This document shows, piece by piece, positions 31,795-32,000 of a stretch of DNA of 32,000 bases (position 1 is the first letter of the stretch; each line of letters starts with the position of its first letter). Source of the DNA: Raphidiopsis brookii D9 (GTDB lineage: Bacteria > Cyanobacteriota > Cyanobacteriia > Cyanobacteriales > Nostocaceae); contig ACYB01000046.1 of the NCBI GenBank assembly GCA_000175855.1, forward strand, positions 207,573-239,572, read 5' to 3'. The position numbers were made by a program, and so were the translations under genes. The notes under the pieces were generated by a model that did not search any database, was not told the origin of the DNA, and saw only the letters and a list, made by a program, of their open reading frames with translations.

Positions 31795-32000
31795 ATGGCA
31801 ACTGTGAACTTACAAAAACCAATATTAGTGGGAGGATTAGGATTATCCTTTTCTCTATGGATGTTAAACACCTGGCACGACTCTATCATACAAATGGCGG
31901 AGTTGGGTCTGTTAGGTGCTTTAGCAGTTGGTGGAGGATTATGGTTTTTGCCCAAAAGTCAACCCAGTGAGCAGCTACATGATAATCCACCAGATAGAAG
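31795..32000 (+). CDS. Hypothetical membrane protein, partial at right edge
   Basis: Open frame MATVNLQKPILVGGLGLSFSLWMLNTWHDSIIQMAELGLLGALAVGGGLWFLPKSQPSEQLHDNPPDR to window end; hydrophobic segments. Confidence 0.5.
   Translation, partial: MATVNLQKPILVGGLGLSFSLWMLNTWHDSIIQMAELGLLGALAVGGGLWFLPKSQPSEQLHDNPPDR

Overview
Cyanobacterial chromosomal window. HIP1-type GCGATCGC octamers recur and gene content is cyanobacterial; the close lineage cannot be fixed without a search. Left to right: a ClC chloride channel with a CBS region (-, apparent frameshift, runs off the left edge); a TldD/PmbA peptidase homologue (-); a DevB-DevC-DevA type exporter operon (+); an O-methyltransferase (-); a divergent phosphoribulokinase-family protein (+); a hydrogenase maturation cluster (-; hypB, A, E, D, C, F) followed by holB and tmk. 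The cluster is interrupted between hypC and hypF by an oppositely oriented two-gene AbiEii-like nucleotidyltransferase module and a short-chain dehydrogenase remnant. Next come a ~309 bp foldback/MITE-like element, a TM2 protein, a copper P-type ATPase, and a TPR protein that appears truncated by an IS630-family element. The other side of that IS is an internal point of urtA, followed by urtB, urtC, a frameshifted urtD, and urtE. The window ends with pyrG (-), an N-acetylmuramoyl-L-alanine amidase (+, apparent C-terminal frameshift) and the start of another ORF. Best candidates for a second look: (1) the 17822-18130 foldback element, whose two arms differ in sequence but each keep a perfect hairpin with an outward-facing T tract; (2) the small ORF plus AbiEii-like pair inside the hyp cluster; (3) the TPR / IS630 / urtA junction with loss of the 5' half of urtA; (4) an IS630 transposase that becomes full length by -1 frameshifting at A8. 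Three further frameshifts at homopolymers (clc, urtD, amidase) may be real decay or sequence errors. I do not see a CRISPR array, tRNA or rRNA, and no clearly complete novel multigene system is proven here.
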